46,353 nt of DNA from Candidatus Fermentibacteraceae bacterium (GCA_030592635.1 JAUVIS010000003.1:1-46353), one strand, 5' to 3'. Shown: positions 1 to 10,243, numbered from the stretch's first letter. Notes: a model not told the origin generated them from the letters alone. Made by a program: numbers and translations.

Positions 1-19
1 GCTGCAATACTGTATTTCG

Positions 20-1513
20 TTACGGCAACCTGTGATGAATCCGAACAAGTTTCTCTGTCGCGCTCCTGTAAGCAGACCTGGCATACAGCAGGTAAACACC
101 GCCCGCTACCGGAGATCCACTGCTGTCGCAACCGTTCCACACAACACTGTGGTCACCTTCAGGCTGCACGCCGTCAATCAGAGAACAGACCATTCTTCCG
201 GTTATATCGTAGATCTCCAGAGATACGGGAAAACAACTCTCGTCCGCAGCAACAGAGAAACTGATCAGGGCCGTGGAAAGCATAGGATTCGGCGCAAAAG
301 ACAAGGGGATTGACCCCGTATCAGGGTTTTCAAGGGCATTCTCCGCTATACCGGCAGTTCCAAGAAGACCATCAATTATCCAGATGGTTGAAGAGGTTGA
401 GCAGAGCACTCCCACTTTGTTGTCAGGACCCAGAACCGTGAGGTAATTGGGTTGAGCATCCACAGGATAACGGGGCATGAACTGCTGCCCTGTGGACACA
501 TCGAAAGTGTAGATGTAATTACCGGGGTAGATCGCTGGAAACGCAGCTCTGCTGCCATCAGCGCTGAACGCGACTGTGGCACTTCCCTGCGGAGCAACTG
601 TTTCGCCAAAATTCGCATTCGAGATTAATGTCATCTGCGTCGGATCACTGACATCTATAAAACTCAACCCGCGGGAGTAGAGACAGGAAACGCTATTTCC
701 GCAGATAGCAACAGTGCCGCCAAGCTGCTGAGTTCCAAATACAATTCCGTCTGGATCAAGCAGCTCAAGATCTATGACATCAAAGGAATACAGAACGCGT
801 TCATTCGTTGAGATGAAACCGGTTCTACAGTCGTCCGCGAAAACAATATTGTTGTTTGATGAGAAGGTAAATGGTTGCGGCAGCGGAATACTCCCTGCTA
901 TGAGCATATTGGCCGGGTCGGAAACATCCACCACCATAATAGCATCATCACTGCATCCGGCAATGGCAATACGATCACCGGCAATAGCAATCTCATACGG
1001 GTTCGCAGGAAGACAAAGGCCATCCGGATCAACAAGACCCGTGGTCTGCACACTGAAGGAATGCAATTTATCATCGGTGAAAGATGTAATGTAACCGGTC
1101 TCCCCATCTGAATCCATAGCAACATTCTGACCTGAAATACAGCTGTTTGAATCCAGCGGAATCAGAACAACCTCCTGAAGCTGAGCGGGATCTGTAATAT
1201 CCACAATCAGAATTCCCCAGTACGAGTCCTCCGACTCGAAGTTACCCGGTATTGCCATAAGTGAATCAGTAAAAATGTAGAGATCCGAACACGGCCCGGG
1301 CACAACCAGTCCGTCCGGGTCAATCAAATCTCCGCTGGCAGGATCGAATGACCAGAGAATACAATCGTCGAAGCTTGCCACAAAACCTGTCGCCCCGCTT
1401 ATTATGAATGTGGAATTCTGATAGAAATAAGATGGTGGAGGCGGATCAAATACCACCGCAGTCTGGGCGGAGGCGAGGGAAAGACTCAAAAGAACAGTTG
1501 TTACCTGCTTCAT
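20..1513 (-). CDS. Secreted beta-propeller-like repeat protein with C-terminal FlgD-Ig/T9SS-like sorting domain
   Basis: Signal peptide MKQVTTVLLSLSLASA/Q; internal repeats (SF....L.DPDG x3, VD.SDP x3); C-terminal FAPNP...SLEIYDITGRMV..L.....G.H.VVWNG.D..G..V..GVY signature. Confidence 0.75.
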   Translation of the reverse strand: MKQVTTVLLSLSLASAQTAVVFDPPPPSYFYQNSTFIISGATGFVASFDDCILWSFDPASGDLIDPDGLVVPGPCSDLYIFTDSLMAIPGNFESEDSYWGILIVDITDPAQLQEVVLIPLDSNSCISGQNVAMDSDGETGYITSFTDDKLHSFSVQTTGLVDPDGLCLPANPYEIAIAGDRIAIAGCSDDAIMVVDVSDPANMLIAGSIPLPQPFTFSSNNNIVFADDCRTGFISTNERVLYSFDVIDLELLDPDGIVFGTQQLGGTVAICGNSVSCLYSRGLSFIDVSDPTQMTLISNANFGETVAPQGSATVAFSADGSRAAFPAIYPGNYIYTFDVSTGQQFMPRYPVDAQPNYLTVLGPDNKVGVLCSTSSTIWIIDGLLGTAGIAENALENPDTGSIPLSFAPNPMLSTALISFSVAADESCFPVSLEIYDITGRMVCSLIDGVQPEGDHSVVWNGCDSSGSPVAGGVYLLYARSAYRSATEKLVRIHHRLP

Positions 1514-1746
1514 TCTGCCACTCCTTTTCTCGTTCAGTGCTGTTTACCTGTCATAGCCTACCTGAACCTCATAAAACCCTTCATATTTTGCCCTCAGTAA
1601 GTTCCTATCATGCAGAGATTCACCCGGCAGTCAATACATGCCGGATTCTCCTGTTTCAGAGACGGAGTGCCGTACAGCCTGATCTGCAGTACATTGAGCC
1701 AGCGGGTCGCGCAGCAGAATGATTGCGAACTTGAAGAGAACTTGCT

Positions 1747-1950
1747 CTGAGTATGAGTCTTCCCGGGCTGACCACGCTTCTATGGTTCTGGAGATATTCA
1801 GGGAAGCTCACAAAAATGGTATTTCCACCACAGTAAACAGCACCGTAACAGCACTGAACGCTCATGAGCTGAGAAATACGCTTTCTGCGGCGCTTCTGGC
1901 GGGAGCCGGACAATTGCTGATGAACAGATTTCTTCCGGACGGCAGGGAAA
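1747..1950 (+). pseudogene. Radical SAM protein remnant (frameshifted, truncated)
   Basis: LSMSLPGL at 1747-1770, then in another frame VLEIFREAHKNGISTTVNSTVTALNAHELRNTLSAALLAGAGQLLMNRFLPDGR, resembling the radical SAM core C-terminal half; no CxxxCxxC or start seen. Confidence 0.5.
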
Positions 1951-1979
1951 CCCTGGTACGGAAATTCCTCTTTGTCTGG

Positions 1980-2283
1980 TTGTGGAGAAAGAGATTTCTT
2001 TGCCTGCTCCCTTTGATATAGTCGCGAGAACCTGATCAAATTCCCTCTGCAGCTCCGGTCTGTATCCCGGAAACACCGCCAGAGCCGCATCCCCTTCAAA
2101 TTCGGCTATAAAGCCCCCCTTGTTCTTAATGAATTCAGTAAAGGGGGAAAATGCCGCGCTGAGAGTGTCTGATATCCACTCGGCACCTCTCACTCCCTGA
2201 CGCATGGCTTTGTCTGTCAGGCTGGTAAACCCGCTGTTGAGATTATCCAGAATAAAGCTGGAGATAAGACTCTTTTCAGTCAT
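1980..2283 (-). pseudogene. Class III adenylate/guanylate cyclase N-terminal remnant
   Basis: SGFTSLTDKAM..G..GAE.I...L...F...I...GG.IAEFEGDAALAVF; the strand carrying the first Asp (xDISGFT) is missing and the frame decays after about 100 aa. Confidence 0.65.
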
Positions 2284-2767
2284 TCTCCGCCTTCAAAAGA
2301 AAGTTTTTCATCATGGTTCCCCCCTGATAAGAACCAGTAGATCCGTCTGCCCTTACAACCCTGTGGCAGGGAATAATAAGTGGAAGTGGATTGGAAGACA
2401 GTACATTGCCCACAGCTCGAGCTGCACGGGGAAAGCCTGCTTTCCGGGCAAGTCCTCCGTATGAAATGGTTTGTCCTCGTGGAATGTCATGCATAGTATT
2501 GAGAACAATCTTTTTAAATTGAGAAGTGTTTCCAAGATCAAGAAACTCGCGAGAAACTTCACAGGGAATCCCGCTGGCCAGACCGGTGAGCTTCGCTGCC
2601 GTTTCTTCTGCAAAGCTGTTGTTGTTCCTCGCGGCGCCGGGAAAGCTTTTTTTTGCCTTTTGTTCTGCTGAAGTATCCAGCGAAGAAAGAAAAACACGAT
2701 AGATAAGATCTCTATCCCAGACAACACAGCCGGATCCAAAGGGAGTATCAAACTTGCAGAAATTCAT
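2276..2767 (-). CDS. ogt: Methylated-DNA--protein-cysteine methyltransferase
   Basis: IPRGQTISYG, AARAVG, NPLPLIIPCHRVV active-site motif. Confidence 0.95.
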   Translation of the reverse strand: MNFCKFDTPFGSGCVVWDRDLIYRVFLSSLDTSAEQKAKKSFPGAARNNNSFAEETAAKLTGLASGIPCEVSREFLDLGNTSQFKKIVLNTMHDIPRGQTISYGGLARKAGFPRAARAVGNVLSSNPLPLIIPCHRVVRADGSTGSYQGGTMMKNFLLKAEND

Positions 2768-3267
2768 CTGATCGATTTGTTACTGAATATGAGGGCCTGT
2801 CCAGTCCAGTCCTCTGTTTCCGCTTCCAGCTTCCTGTACTGCCCGCGGGTTATCTCCGAAATTACCTTCTCCCAGAATTCCATGGACGGTATGTTCTCCG
2901 GATGCTGAACAACCTCCCATTTGCCTGGGAACATTTCAAAGACAGCCCTCGCTGCGGTTTCTCCGACTCCCATTCTCCGGTACTTCTTCATCACAAAGAA
3001 TTCCGAGATGGATCTGGCCTCCCCGGACTCACACATGTAGCAGAAATCACTCACCAGAACGAAACCTGCAAGGGAATCGTCCGCTGTTATGAAAAATGGA
3101 TGCCTGCCGGGTTCAGTCCAGTAATGATCGAGGTACCTGTACCCGTACAGCCCGTGACTGTTAACATCACCCTTATCAAATTCGCTGAAATCATACTGGT
3201 AAAGCTCAAGAAGATTCCTGAGAACCTGCTTGTCCTCAATCGCGACTTTTTTCAGAAGAACGTTCAT
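2764..3267 (-). CDS. GNAT family N-acetyltransferase
   Basis: EFFVMKKYRRMGVG acetyl-CoA binding motif A. Confidence 0.9.
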   Translation of the reverse strand: MNVLLKKVAIEDKQVLRNLLELYQYDFSEFDKGDVNSHGLYGYRYLDHYWTEPGRHPFFITADDSLAGFVLVSDFCYMCESGEARSISEFFVMKKYRRMGVGETAARAVFEMFPGKWEVVQHPENIPSMEFWEKVISEITRGQYRKLEAETEDWTGQALIFSNKSIR

Positions 3268-3386
3268 CGCAACTCCTCTGCATTTATTTCAGACTCACAT
3301 CTTCATCGAAGATATTCTTTTGTACAGAGCAAAGATAAAACTTTGTCAGCGAAAGCGGGCGGCACATCGAAAACCTGGCCCTGCGG

Positions 3387-3905
3387 TCAGCAAAGCAGTT
3401 CATAGGTCAGTCTGCCTCTGTCTCCTTCAACCGTGCAGCCACCGAGCTTGTCCCAGATTCCTCTTGAATGAACATTGTCTTCCGCTATTGTGCTGGTCAG
3501 CTTTGTTATTCCTCGATTAACAGCTTCATTTATCACAAGTTGAAATGCTCTGGTACAATACCCCTTTGAACGATACCGGCTGCCTATCCAGTAACCTATT
3601 CTCGCTGTCTTTTGCTCTTTATTGATATGGCTCAGAGAGATGATTCCTACCACCGTCATGCTGTTCAGAAGTACAATATAGGTTACGGCGTTTCTGCTCC
3701 TGCACCAGCCTTTTAACTTCTCCAGTAAATCATCAGCCGTCGGCTTATCACTGTCTCCGAACTTGAGATCTTCTCTGAGAATATTGTCATTGCAAAGCAT
3801 TGATGACAGTTGTGTCGCATCCTTGTATGACGGTCTTCGGATAGTAATCAATTCCTGAACATCCCCATCAAAAATACAAAGATTTTCCGGCGAAGAGCTT
3901 TTCAA
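3387..3905 (-). CDS. GNAT N-acetyltransferase, RimJ/RimL type
   Basis: ARIGYWIGSRYRSKGYCT and N..S..I.DKLG motifs; start uncertain (TTG). Confidence 0.85.
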   Translation of the reverse strand: MKSSSPENLCIFDGDVQELITIRRPSYKDATQLSSMLCNDNILREDLKFGDSDKPTADDLLEKLKGWCRSRNAVTYIVLLNSMTVVGIISLSHINKEQKTARIGYWIGSRYRSKGYCTRAFQLVINEAVNRGITKLTSTIAEDNVHSRGIWDKLGGCTVEGDRGRLTYELLC

Positions 3906-3927
3906 ACCAGGATTAAATTTCGATTCT

Positions 3928-4029
3928 TCAGCTTTTAGCTTTCTTGGCTTTTTTCTCTCTGCGCTTCTCTTTCAGCGTTTTTTCAGGCTTTTTCTTTACA
4001 TTCTTCTGAGCATCTCTTCCCTTAGCCAT
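3928..4029 (-). CDS. 33-aa Lys-rich small protein MAKGRDAQKNVKKKPEKTLKEKRREKKAKKAKS
   Basis: Read manually, below the ORF track cut-off; AAAGGAGA RBS immediately upstream of the ATG; TGA stop at 3928-3930. Confidence 0.75.
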   Translation of the reverse strand: MAKGRDAQKNVKKKPEKTLKEKRREKKAKKAKS

Positions 4030-4185
4030 GGATCTCTCCTTTGTTTGAGTCAGTCAAATATAATAATTGATTCACCTGTGTTTTTGTATTACAGGTTTGC
4101 AGGTGATCAAATACTGCTTTTTCTTAACAAAATCAGTTTACATATTTGCATTACTGCCATATATATTTTGTTAGTGCTATTGCAG

Positions 4186-5400
4186 TTATTGAGATTTTTT
4201 GTCAAGTTTCCCGACGACCCTGAGACTTTTTATTCTCAGTGGGGGCATCTTTTTTGCGCCGAGCATGGAAATCGGGTAGAAGTTGTCCTGCCAGTGGTAG
4301 TCGGTGTCGTTGCCGGTAAGAGAGATTGAGAGAAGATAGTTACCGGGCTCAACTATTTCCGGGGTGATGGAAATTGATGCTTCCCCTGAGCCTGCAATGG
4401 TAAGAAGAGGTTCACCATTCTCCAGATTATTTGAAGCTAGAACTGTTTCACCGTCCGGACGGTGGATTGAAAAACCGAGAATGATGTTTTTTACTTCTTC
4501 AGCCTCCCGGGTTTCGATCAAAGCATTTACTTTAAGTGTATCGCCCTGTCTGAAAGTTCTGGATGGTACTCCGCTGCCGTTGGTAAGTGTAACGCGACTG
4601 AAGAATACCTCGCGGTTTCCCCACTCTCGCGGAGCGGCAGAGGCGGCTGTATTTATCAGTCTGCCAGTATTGGCATCAAGGTAGGCTCCCATAACATCAT
4701 CAACCGGCCCGTCCATTCGTACCCTGCCTGAATCAAGCCAGATTGCACGGGTGCAGAGTCTGCGCACCGCCTCCGGGTCATGACTGACGAAAACAATTGT
4801 TTTACCTGATTCGCGGAATCCGAATATCCTGTCATAACATTTTGCCTGGAAAGCCGCGTCTCCTACAGCGAGAACCTCGTCAATGAGAAGAATATCCGGG
4901 TTAACACTGGTTGCGAGAGCGAATCCCAGCCGCATGAACATTCCTGAAGAGTAGTACTTTACCGGTGTATCCATGAACCGTTCAAGCATGGAGAATTCAG
5001 CAATGCCGGGAATCAGTTCAACCATCCGCTTCTGATCAAAGCCCAGAAGAGCTCCGTTGAGAAAAACATTTTCCGCGCCTGTAAGCTCGGGGTGAAATCC
5101 CACGCCGAGATCAAGCAGAGAAGCAATTCTTCCGGAAGTTCTGACTTTGCCTGAAGTGGGGCTGTAAATACCCGCCAGAAGCTTCAGTGTGGTGGATTTA
5201 CCTGCGCCGTTGGATCCGACAAGGGCAACAGACTCTCCCGGCGATATCTGAAATGAGGCGTGATCCAGAGCTCTGAACCAGTCACGGCTGGTTCCTCTGC
5301 CGAAAACATTCATGAGGGTTTCCATAATGCTCACAGAACGATCACGGTAAAGCCTGTAATCAAGGCAGACATCAGAGAACTGAATCAGACCTTTCCGCAT
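4186..5400 (-). CDS. wzt: Polysaccharide ABC exporter ATP-binding protein with Wzt C-terminal domain
   Basis: Walker A GSNGAGKST, YSSGMFMRLGF, LLIDEVLAVGDAAF, C-terminal Ig-like extension. Confidence 0.9.
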   Translation of the reverse strand: MRKGLIQFSDVCLDYRLYRDRSVSIMETLMNVFGRGTSRDWFRALDHASFQISPGESVALVGSNGAGKSTTLKLLAGIYSPTSGKVRTSGRIASLLDLGVGFHPELTGAENVFLNGALLGFDQKRMVELIPGIAEFSMLERFMDTPVKYYSSGMFMRLGFALATSVNPDILLIDEVLAVGDAAFQAKCYDRIFGFRESGKTIVFVSHDPEAVRRLCTRAIWLDSGRVRMDGPVDDVMGAYLDANTGRLINTAASAAPREWGNREVFFSRVTLTNGSGVPSRTFRQGDTLKVNALIETREAEEVKNIILGFSIHRPDGETVLASNNLENGEPLLTIAGSGEASISITPEIVEPGNYLLSISLTGNDTDYHWQDNFYPISMLGAKKMPPLRIKSLRVVGKLDKKSQ

Positions 5401-5401
5401 C

Positions 5402-6169
5402 CTACAGCTCCTTCACTACCGAGGGTTCCATGCGCTTGAAAACCAGGAGACCGGCAGCCAGGATAACCGCTGTCCATGTCACCAGTGAAACCCACGCCCA
5501 GAGTTCAGGCCAGGTGCCGTAATACATGGTGGAGTGAAAAATCTCCATGGCTCCGGCGACAGGATTGAATTTGATCACAGCTTCCATTCTCGCCGGGATG
5601 AGCCCCGCTCCCAGGGGGTATATAATCGGGCTTGCATAGAACCAGGCAAGAAGAATCACCTCAAGGAACTGTGATACATCTCTGTAATAAACATTACCTA
5701 CGGAGATCATCATCGCAAAGCCGCTTGTCATCGCGGCCAGCAGAACAATTGCAACAGGCAGAGTAATGATGGAAAGACCCGGGATATGCCCGAAAGCAGT
5801 CAGAAGAACTTCAAGAACCACCATAGCCATCAGCATGTGAACGGCATTGGCGATAACCGACGAAATCGGCAGAGCAACTCTGGGAAAGTAAATTGACCTG
5901 ATAAGTTTCTGATTATCAAGAAGGGTTTTAGCGGAAGCGGAGAGCGATGCAGCGAAGAAGTTCCACGGCAGAAGACCTGTTAAAAGAAAAAGTGAAAAGT
6001 GTTCAATAGCACCGCCGAAGCGGATAATCTTCGTGAACACAATTGTATAGACAACCATGCTGAAAAGAGGTTTGAGGAGAAACCAGAGGAAACCAAGAAA
6101 GCTTCTTTTATACCGAACCTTCAAATCCTTTTCAACAAGGCTCTTCATCAGAAGCATTCCGCCGGTCAT
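5402..6169 (-). CDS. wzm: Polysaccharide ABC-2 exporter permease
   Basis: DLKVRYKRSFLGFLW, IYFPR, YRDV, WFYASPIIYP. Confidence 0.9.
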   Translation of the reverse strand: MTGGMLLMKSLVEKDLKVRYKRSFLGFLWFLLKPLFSMVVYTIVFTKIIRFGGAIEHFSLFLLTGLLPWNFFAASLSASAKTLLDNQKLIRSIYFPRVALPISSVIANAVHMLMAMVVLEVLLTAFGHIPGLSIITLPVAIVLLAAMTSGFAMMISVGNVYYRDVSQFLEVILLAWFYASPIIYPLGAGLIPARMEAVIKFNPVAGAMEIFHSTMYYGTWPELWAWVSLVTWTAVILAAGLLVFKRMEPSVVKEL

Positions 6170-6753
6170 TTTTTACCGATCTTCCTTTCGGTGCCACTTA
6201 AAATCCTCTTGATATTGGCAGTGTGAGTCACAAGAATTGCAAAAGCTATTATGCCGAGAACTATTTCAGGATATATCAGTTCATGGAACAGGATTCCGAA
6301 AAACGGCAGGGATATCCCGGCGATGACACTGCCAAGAGAAACCATTTTAAACAGAGCAAGGAGCAGAATGAACAGCCCCAATGCGCACAAAACCGGGTAT
6401 GTGGAAAGAACCAGTAGAGCCCCAAGTGCGGTAGCGACACCCTTGCCACCCTTAAACCCGAACCACGGCATGAATACATGGCCGCACACCACTGCTACAG
6501 CAACAGCGCTTGGCAGCCATGCTGCAGGAGATGCATAGAAAGTAACTGCCAGCACCGGAGCGGCACCCTTTGCAGCATCAAGCAGCAGACCCGCGACGCC
6601 CATAGCTGTCCCGCTTGTTCTAAGAAGGTTGGTGGCACCGGGATTGCCGGAACCATGTTCACGGAGGTCAACACCTTTGAGCTTACCCAGAAGCCAGGAG
6701 AATGGTATCGAACCGGCCAGAAATCCGGCGAAGATGTACAGGGCGGCATTCAT
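6166..6753 (-). CDS. plsY: Glycerol-3-phosphate acyltransferase PlsY
   Basis: GSIPFS, GSGNPGATN, FKGGKGVAT, H.ANIKRI..GTE. Confidence 0.95.
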   Translation of the reverse strand: MNAALYIFAGFLAGSIPFSWLLGKLKGVDLREHGSGNPGATNLLRTSGTAMGVAGLLLDAAKGAAPVLAVTFYASPAAWLPSAVAVAVVCGHVFMPWFGFKGGKGVATALGALLVLSTYPVLCALGLFILLLALFKMVSLGSVIAGISLPFFGILFHELIYPEIVLGIIAFAILVTHTANIKRILSGTERKIGKK

Positions 6754-8051
6754 CAGTGCTCACGCTTTCTGTAGACGATCTTCAGCGGAACTCCGTTCAT
6801 GTTCAATTCCTCGTGCATCTTGTTCTCGAAGTAGCTTTTATAGTTATCCGGGATAAGGTCTGCCCGGGAGACAAAAGCAACGAGAATCGGGGGCGTATCT
6901 TTTACCTGAGTTATATAGAAAAACTTCAGCATCTTCCCCTTGGGGGACGGAGGCTGGATAGTATTCACAATATTTCTCATGATCTTGTTGAGCCTGCTTG
7001 TTGAAATAACAGTCCTGCGCCTGTCAGCCACCGACTGCACCATCGGAAGAAGCCTTCCCATTCCTTTGCCCTCCAGAGCACTTGTGAAGAAAATGGGTAT
7101 CCATCTGGCAAGGGGAAATCTCTGGATCACACTTCGTATCCACAGATGCCTGTCCAGCCCGAGGTCAACCTTGTTCACACAGATCAGTACACCCTTGCCC
7201 ATTTCCCAGGCCTTTGTAGCCAGCCTCAAGTCCTGGGTTGTGGGATACTCATTTCCGTCGAGAACCACTACAACCACATCAGCGCTGCCAACACTTTTCC
7301 AGGAACGGAGGGTGCTGTAGAACTCGATATCTTCCATCTTTTTAGACTTCCTGCGAAGACCAGCTGTGTCTATCAGACGAAAATTGGTATCCTTCCAGGT
7401 GAGATAGGAATCAATGGAATCTCTGGTGGTTCCGGCAACGGGGGTTACAATGTTGCGCTCATCATCAAGAAGCCGGTTCACGATGGAACTTTTGCCCACA
7501 TTTGGTCTGCCTATGACAGCCACGGATATTCCGTCAAAATCGGGATTCTCCACCGTCGGCAGATCACGGATAACCTCATCGAGAAGGTCTCCCACGCCCA
7601 GACCGTGGGCAGCGCTGACCGGCCATGGTTTTCCAAGACCCAGAGCTGCGAATTCGTGTTCCATACCCAGTCGACCCTGGGAGTCTATCTTGTTAACTGC
7701 GAGCAGGCATGGAAGGCCACTCTTTCTTACAAGCTCAACAGCGGCTTCATCAAAAGGGTGAATACCCTCAGTACCATCCACAAGAAGGATGATGATCTGC
7801 GCCTCCTGCATTGCGAGGTGTACCTGCTTTACGATAGCATCCTGAAAAGGATCGTCGCTGCCGGGAGAAAGACCCCCTGTATCAACAGCAATGAAATTAA
7901 CACCACCCCATTCCCCGGTACCGATCTTACGATCGCGGGTAACACCGGCTTCGTTATCAACAATGGCGGTTCTTCCACCGATAAATCTATTGAAAAGCGA
8001 AGACTTGCCCACATTCACACGGCCAACAATGGCCACTACCGGCAGATCCAT
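6753..8051 (-). CDS. der: Ribosome biogenesis GTPase Der (EngA)
   Basis: Two tandem G domains (GRVNVGKS/GRPNVGKS, DTGG/DTAG, NKID/NKVD) plus KH-like tail. Confidence 0.97.
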   Translation of the reverse strand: MDLPVVAIVGRVNVGKSSLFNRFIGGRTAIVDNEAGVTRDRKIGTGEWGGVNFIAVDTGGLSPGSDDPFQDAIVKQVHLAMQEAQIIILLVDGTEGIHPFDEAAVELVRKSGLPCLLAVNKIDSQGRLGMEHEFAALGLGKPWPVSAAHGLGVGDLLDEVIRDLPTVENPDFDGISVAVIGRPNVGKSSIVNRLLDDERNIVTPVAGTTRDSIDSYLTWKDTNFRLIDTAGLRRKSKKMEDIEFYSTLRSWKSVGSADVVVVVLDGNEYPTTQDLRLATKAWEMGKGVLICVNKVDLGLDRHLWIRSVIQRFPLARWIPIFFTSALEGKGMGRLLPMVQSVADRRRTVISTSRLNKIMRNIVNTIQPPSPKGKMLKFFYITQVKDTPPILVAFVSRADLIPDNYKSYFENKMHEELNMNGVPLKIVYRKREH

Positions 8052-8143
8052 CTCGCAGCACCTCCTGATTCTTCTTAATATTGGACTGGAATATACTTTC
8101 AGTACTCTGTTCCGTGTTAACTGCGGGGTTATATTAAGGAATC

Positions 8144-10189
8144 ATGAAAAAACCTATATTCATTATTGCCGGTATATCCACTCTGCTTTCAATGGCACTC
8201 ACACTCAGCAGCTTTGACCAGGGGCTTGAGCATCTCACTCTGGATCTCAGGTTCAACCTTTTTCCGGATACTCATTCCGTAAATGACAGCATAATAATTA
8301 TAAGTGTGGATAACGCATCTCTGGAATCCATGGACTGGCTGGGATGGCCGTGGCCCAGGCAGATATGGTCCGACATGACAACCTTCCTCTATGATGCCGG
8401 TGTGAAAGTCGTCTACTTTGATATTACCTTTTCCACAAGTTCAACCTTCTCCGCAAGCGAAGACAGCGTATTCGGCGCAGTGGCAGGAAGCGGCAGTACA
8501 GTTTTTATCACCGGACTGGGTCACGACGAAGGCCAGCCAATACCGGAGAACGCAGTTATTAATCTTCAACTGCCACCCGGAAGAACTGCTCCATTCAGAT
8601 TTGCTTCACCCCCGGTGTCTCATATAGCGGCAGGAGCCAGTTATCTTGCTTCACCGTATGCTTTCCCCGACCCGGATGGAATGTTCAGGCAGACCCCTCT
8701 GTTTTTTCCCTCGGAAACCGGTACAGTTCCCTCACCGGCACTGGCCATAGCAATGCTCTTCAGGGATAATCATTCTGTTTCACTCGAAGATGGAACACTG
8801 CTCTGGAACAGCACCAGGATACCCCTTACAGAAGACTATGAAATGCAGGTCAGATTCGCAGGTCCGACAGGCAGCTACAGAACAATCAGCGTTGCGGATG
8901 TTTTTTCAGCAATGACCGGTGACACAACAGCTCTTCAACCGTCATCCCTGGCTGGAAAAATCGCAATGATCGGCTACACGGCATCGGATCTAATGGATCT
9001 GAAACCAATGCCCTACTCCGCCAGATGCCCCGGTGTTGAAGTAATCGCAAACACTCTTGGCAATATCCTTCAGGGCAGACATCTGGCAACTCATGGCTTG
9101 ATGACAACACTGTTTCTTACAGTTTTCCTCAGTCTTGCAGTGGCCTCAGCCCTGGTCTTCATTCCCAGGGTAATACCGGCATCGCTTACAGGATTGTCTG
9201 CAATTCTCGCCTATGCGGCAGTTTGTCTCGTCGCTTTCAACTACCGGGATCTGTGGCTCACAGCAGTGCCGCCTCTTACCTCCGGCATGCTTACTCTGCT
9301 TGGCGGTTCGGTAATCGCTTATCAGTTCGCCACAAAAGATAAAAAGTTTTTAAAAGCCGCCTTTTCACAATACCTCTCTCCCGCTATCGTATCTCTGGTG
9401 GCAAAAAACCCCGAGTTGCTGAAACTCGGCGGCGAGAAAAAAGTAATGACTGCCTTCTTCAGCGATGTAGCGGGATTTACCACCATAAGCGAACAGCTTG
9501 ATCCTCAAGATCTTGTGAAGCTTCTCAACATCTATCTTACGGAAATGACTGACATTATCCTTGAATCCGGCGGAACCGTGGACAAGTTCGAGGGAGACGC
9601 GATAATTGCCTTCTGGGGTGCTCCTGTAGAGCTTGAAGATCATGCGCTGAGGGCAGTAACCTCCGCCCTTGAATGTCAAAAGATACACAGGGAACTCAAC
9701 ACGCGACTCAAGGAAATGAATTTCCCGGCACTCAGCACAAGAATTGGTCTTGCCAGCGGCTCTATGGTAGTTGGAAACATGGGCAGCAGCAAACGGTTCG
9801 ACTACACAATGATGGGCACTGATGTAAATCTGGCAAGCCGTCTTGAGGGAGTCAACAAAGTCTATGGAACACCAATCCTCATATCGAACAGCACCCGGGA
9901 ATTCCTTCCCGCAAGTGTTATCTGCCGGGAAATTGACACTGTTATGGTTATGGGTCAGAAAACACCGGTTACCATCTGGGAACCGGTGCTGAAACTGCCG
10001 GTATTCGCAGAGCAGTACAGCAAAGCGTTGAAACTCTACAGAAACGGAAATTTCCAGTCTGCTCTGAAATTGTTCATGGAAATTCCAGAGGATCCACCAT
10101 CCGGAACCATGGCAGCAAGATGCAGAGGGTTCATCGATAAAGGAACTCCACTGAATTGGAGAGGAACCTGGGTTCTGACATCCAAGTAG
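8144..10189 (+). CDS. CHASE2-domain membrane class III adenylate cyclase
   Basis: WPWPR and PGVE CHASE2 motifs, 3 TM helices, FSDVAGFT / DKFEGDA / YTMMGTDVNLASRLE catalytic motifs (Lys/Thr indicate ATP specificity). Confidence 0.93.
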   Translation: MKKPIFIIAGISTLLSMALTLSSFDQGLEHLTLDLRFNLFPDTHSVNDSIIIISVDNASLESMDWLGWPWPRQIWSDMTTFLYDAGVKVVYFDITFSTSSTFSASEDSVFGAVAGSGSTVFITGLGHDEGQPIPENAVINLQLPPGRTAPFRFASPPVSHIAAGASYLASPYAFPDPDGMFRQTPLFFPSETGTVPSPALAIAMLFRDNHSVSLEDGTLLWNSTRIPLTEDYEMQVRFAGPTGSYRTISVADVFSAMTGDTTALQPSSLAGKIAMIGYTASDLMDLKPMPYSARCPGVEVIANTLGNILQGRHLATHGLMTTLFLTVFLSLAVASALVFIPRVIPASLTGLSAILAYAAVCLVAFNYRDLWLTAVPPLTSGMLTLLGGSVIAYQFATKDKKFLKAAFSQYLSPAIVSLVAKNPELLKLGGEKKVMTAFFSDVAGFTTISEQLDPQDLVKLLNIYLTEMTDIILESGGTVDKFEGDAIIAFWGAPVELEDHALRAVTSALECQKIHRELNTRLKEMNFPALSTRIGLASGSMVVGNMGSSKRFDYTMMGTDVNLASRLEGVNKVYGTPILISNSTREFLPASVICREIDTVMVMGQKTPVTIWEPVLKLPVFAEQYSKALKLYRNGNFQSALKLFMEIPEDPPSGTMAARCRGFIDKGTPLNWRGTWVLTSK

Positions 10190-10243
10190 CATCTTTACTT
10201 ATATTTACACATGCTTTGAATTGTGAATAAACAAGGAGGAACG

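Noticed and set aside
4067-4110. Imperfect inverted repeat TTGATTCACCTG...CAGGTGATCAA
   Set aside because: Long loop and no recognisable riboswitch or terminator signature; cannot assign a function
7146-8078. 310-aa + strand ORF and other long antisense ORFs (e.g. 9365-10192)
   Set aside because: Shadows of well-supported genes with no recognisable motifs
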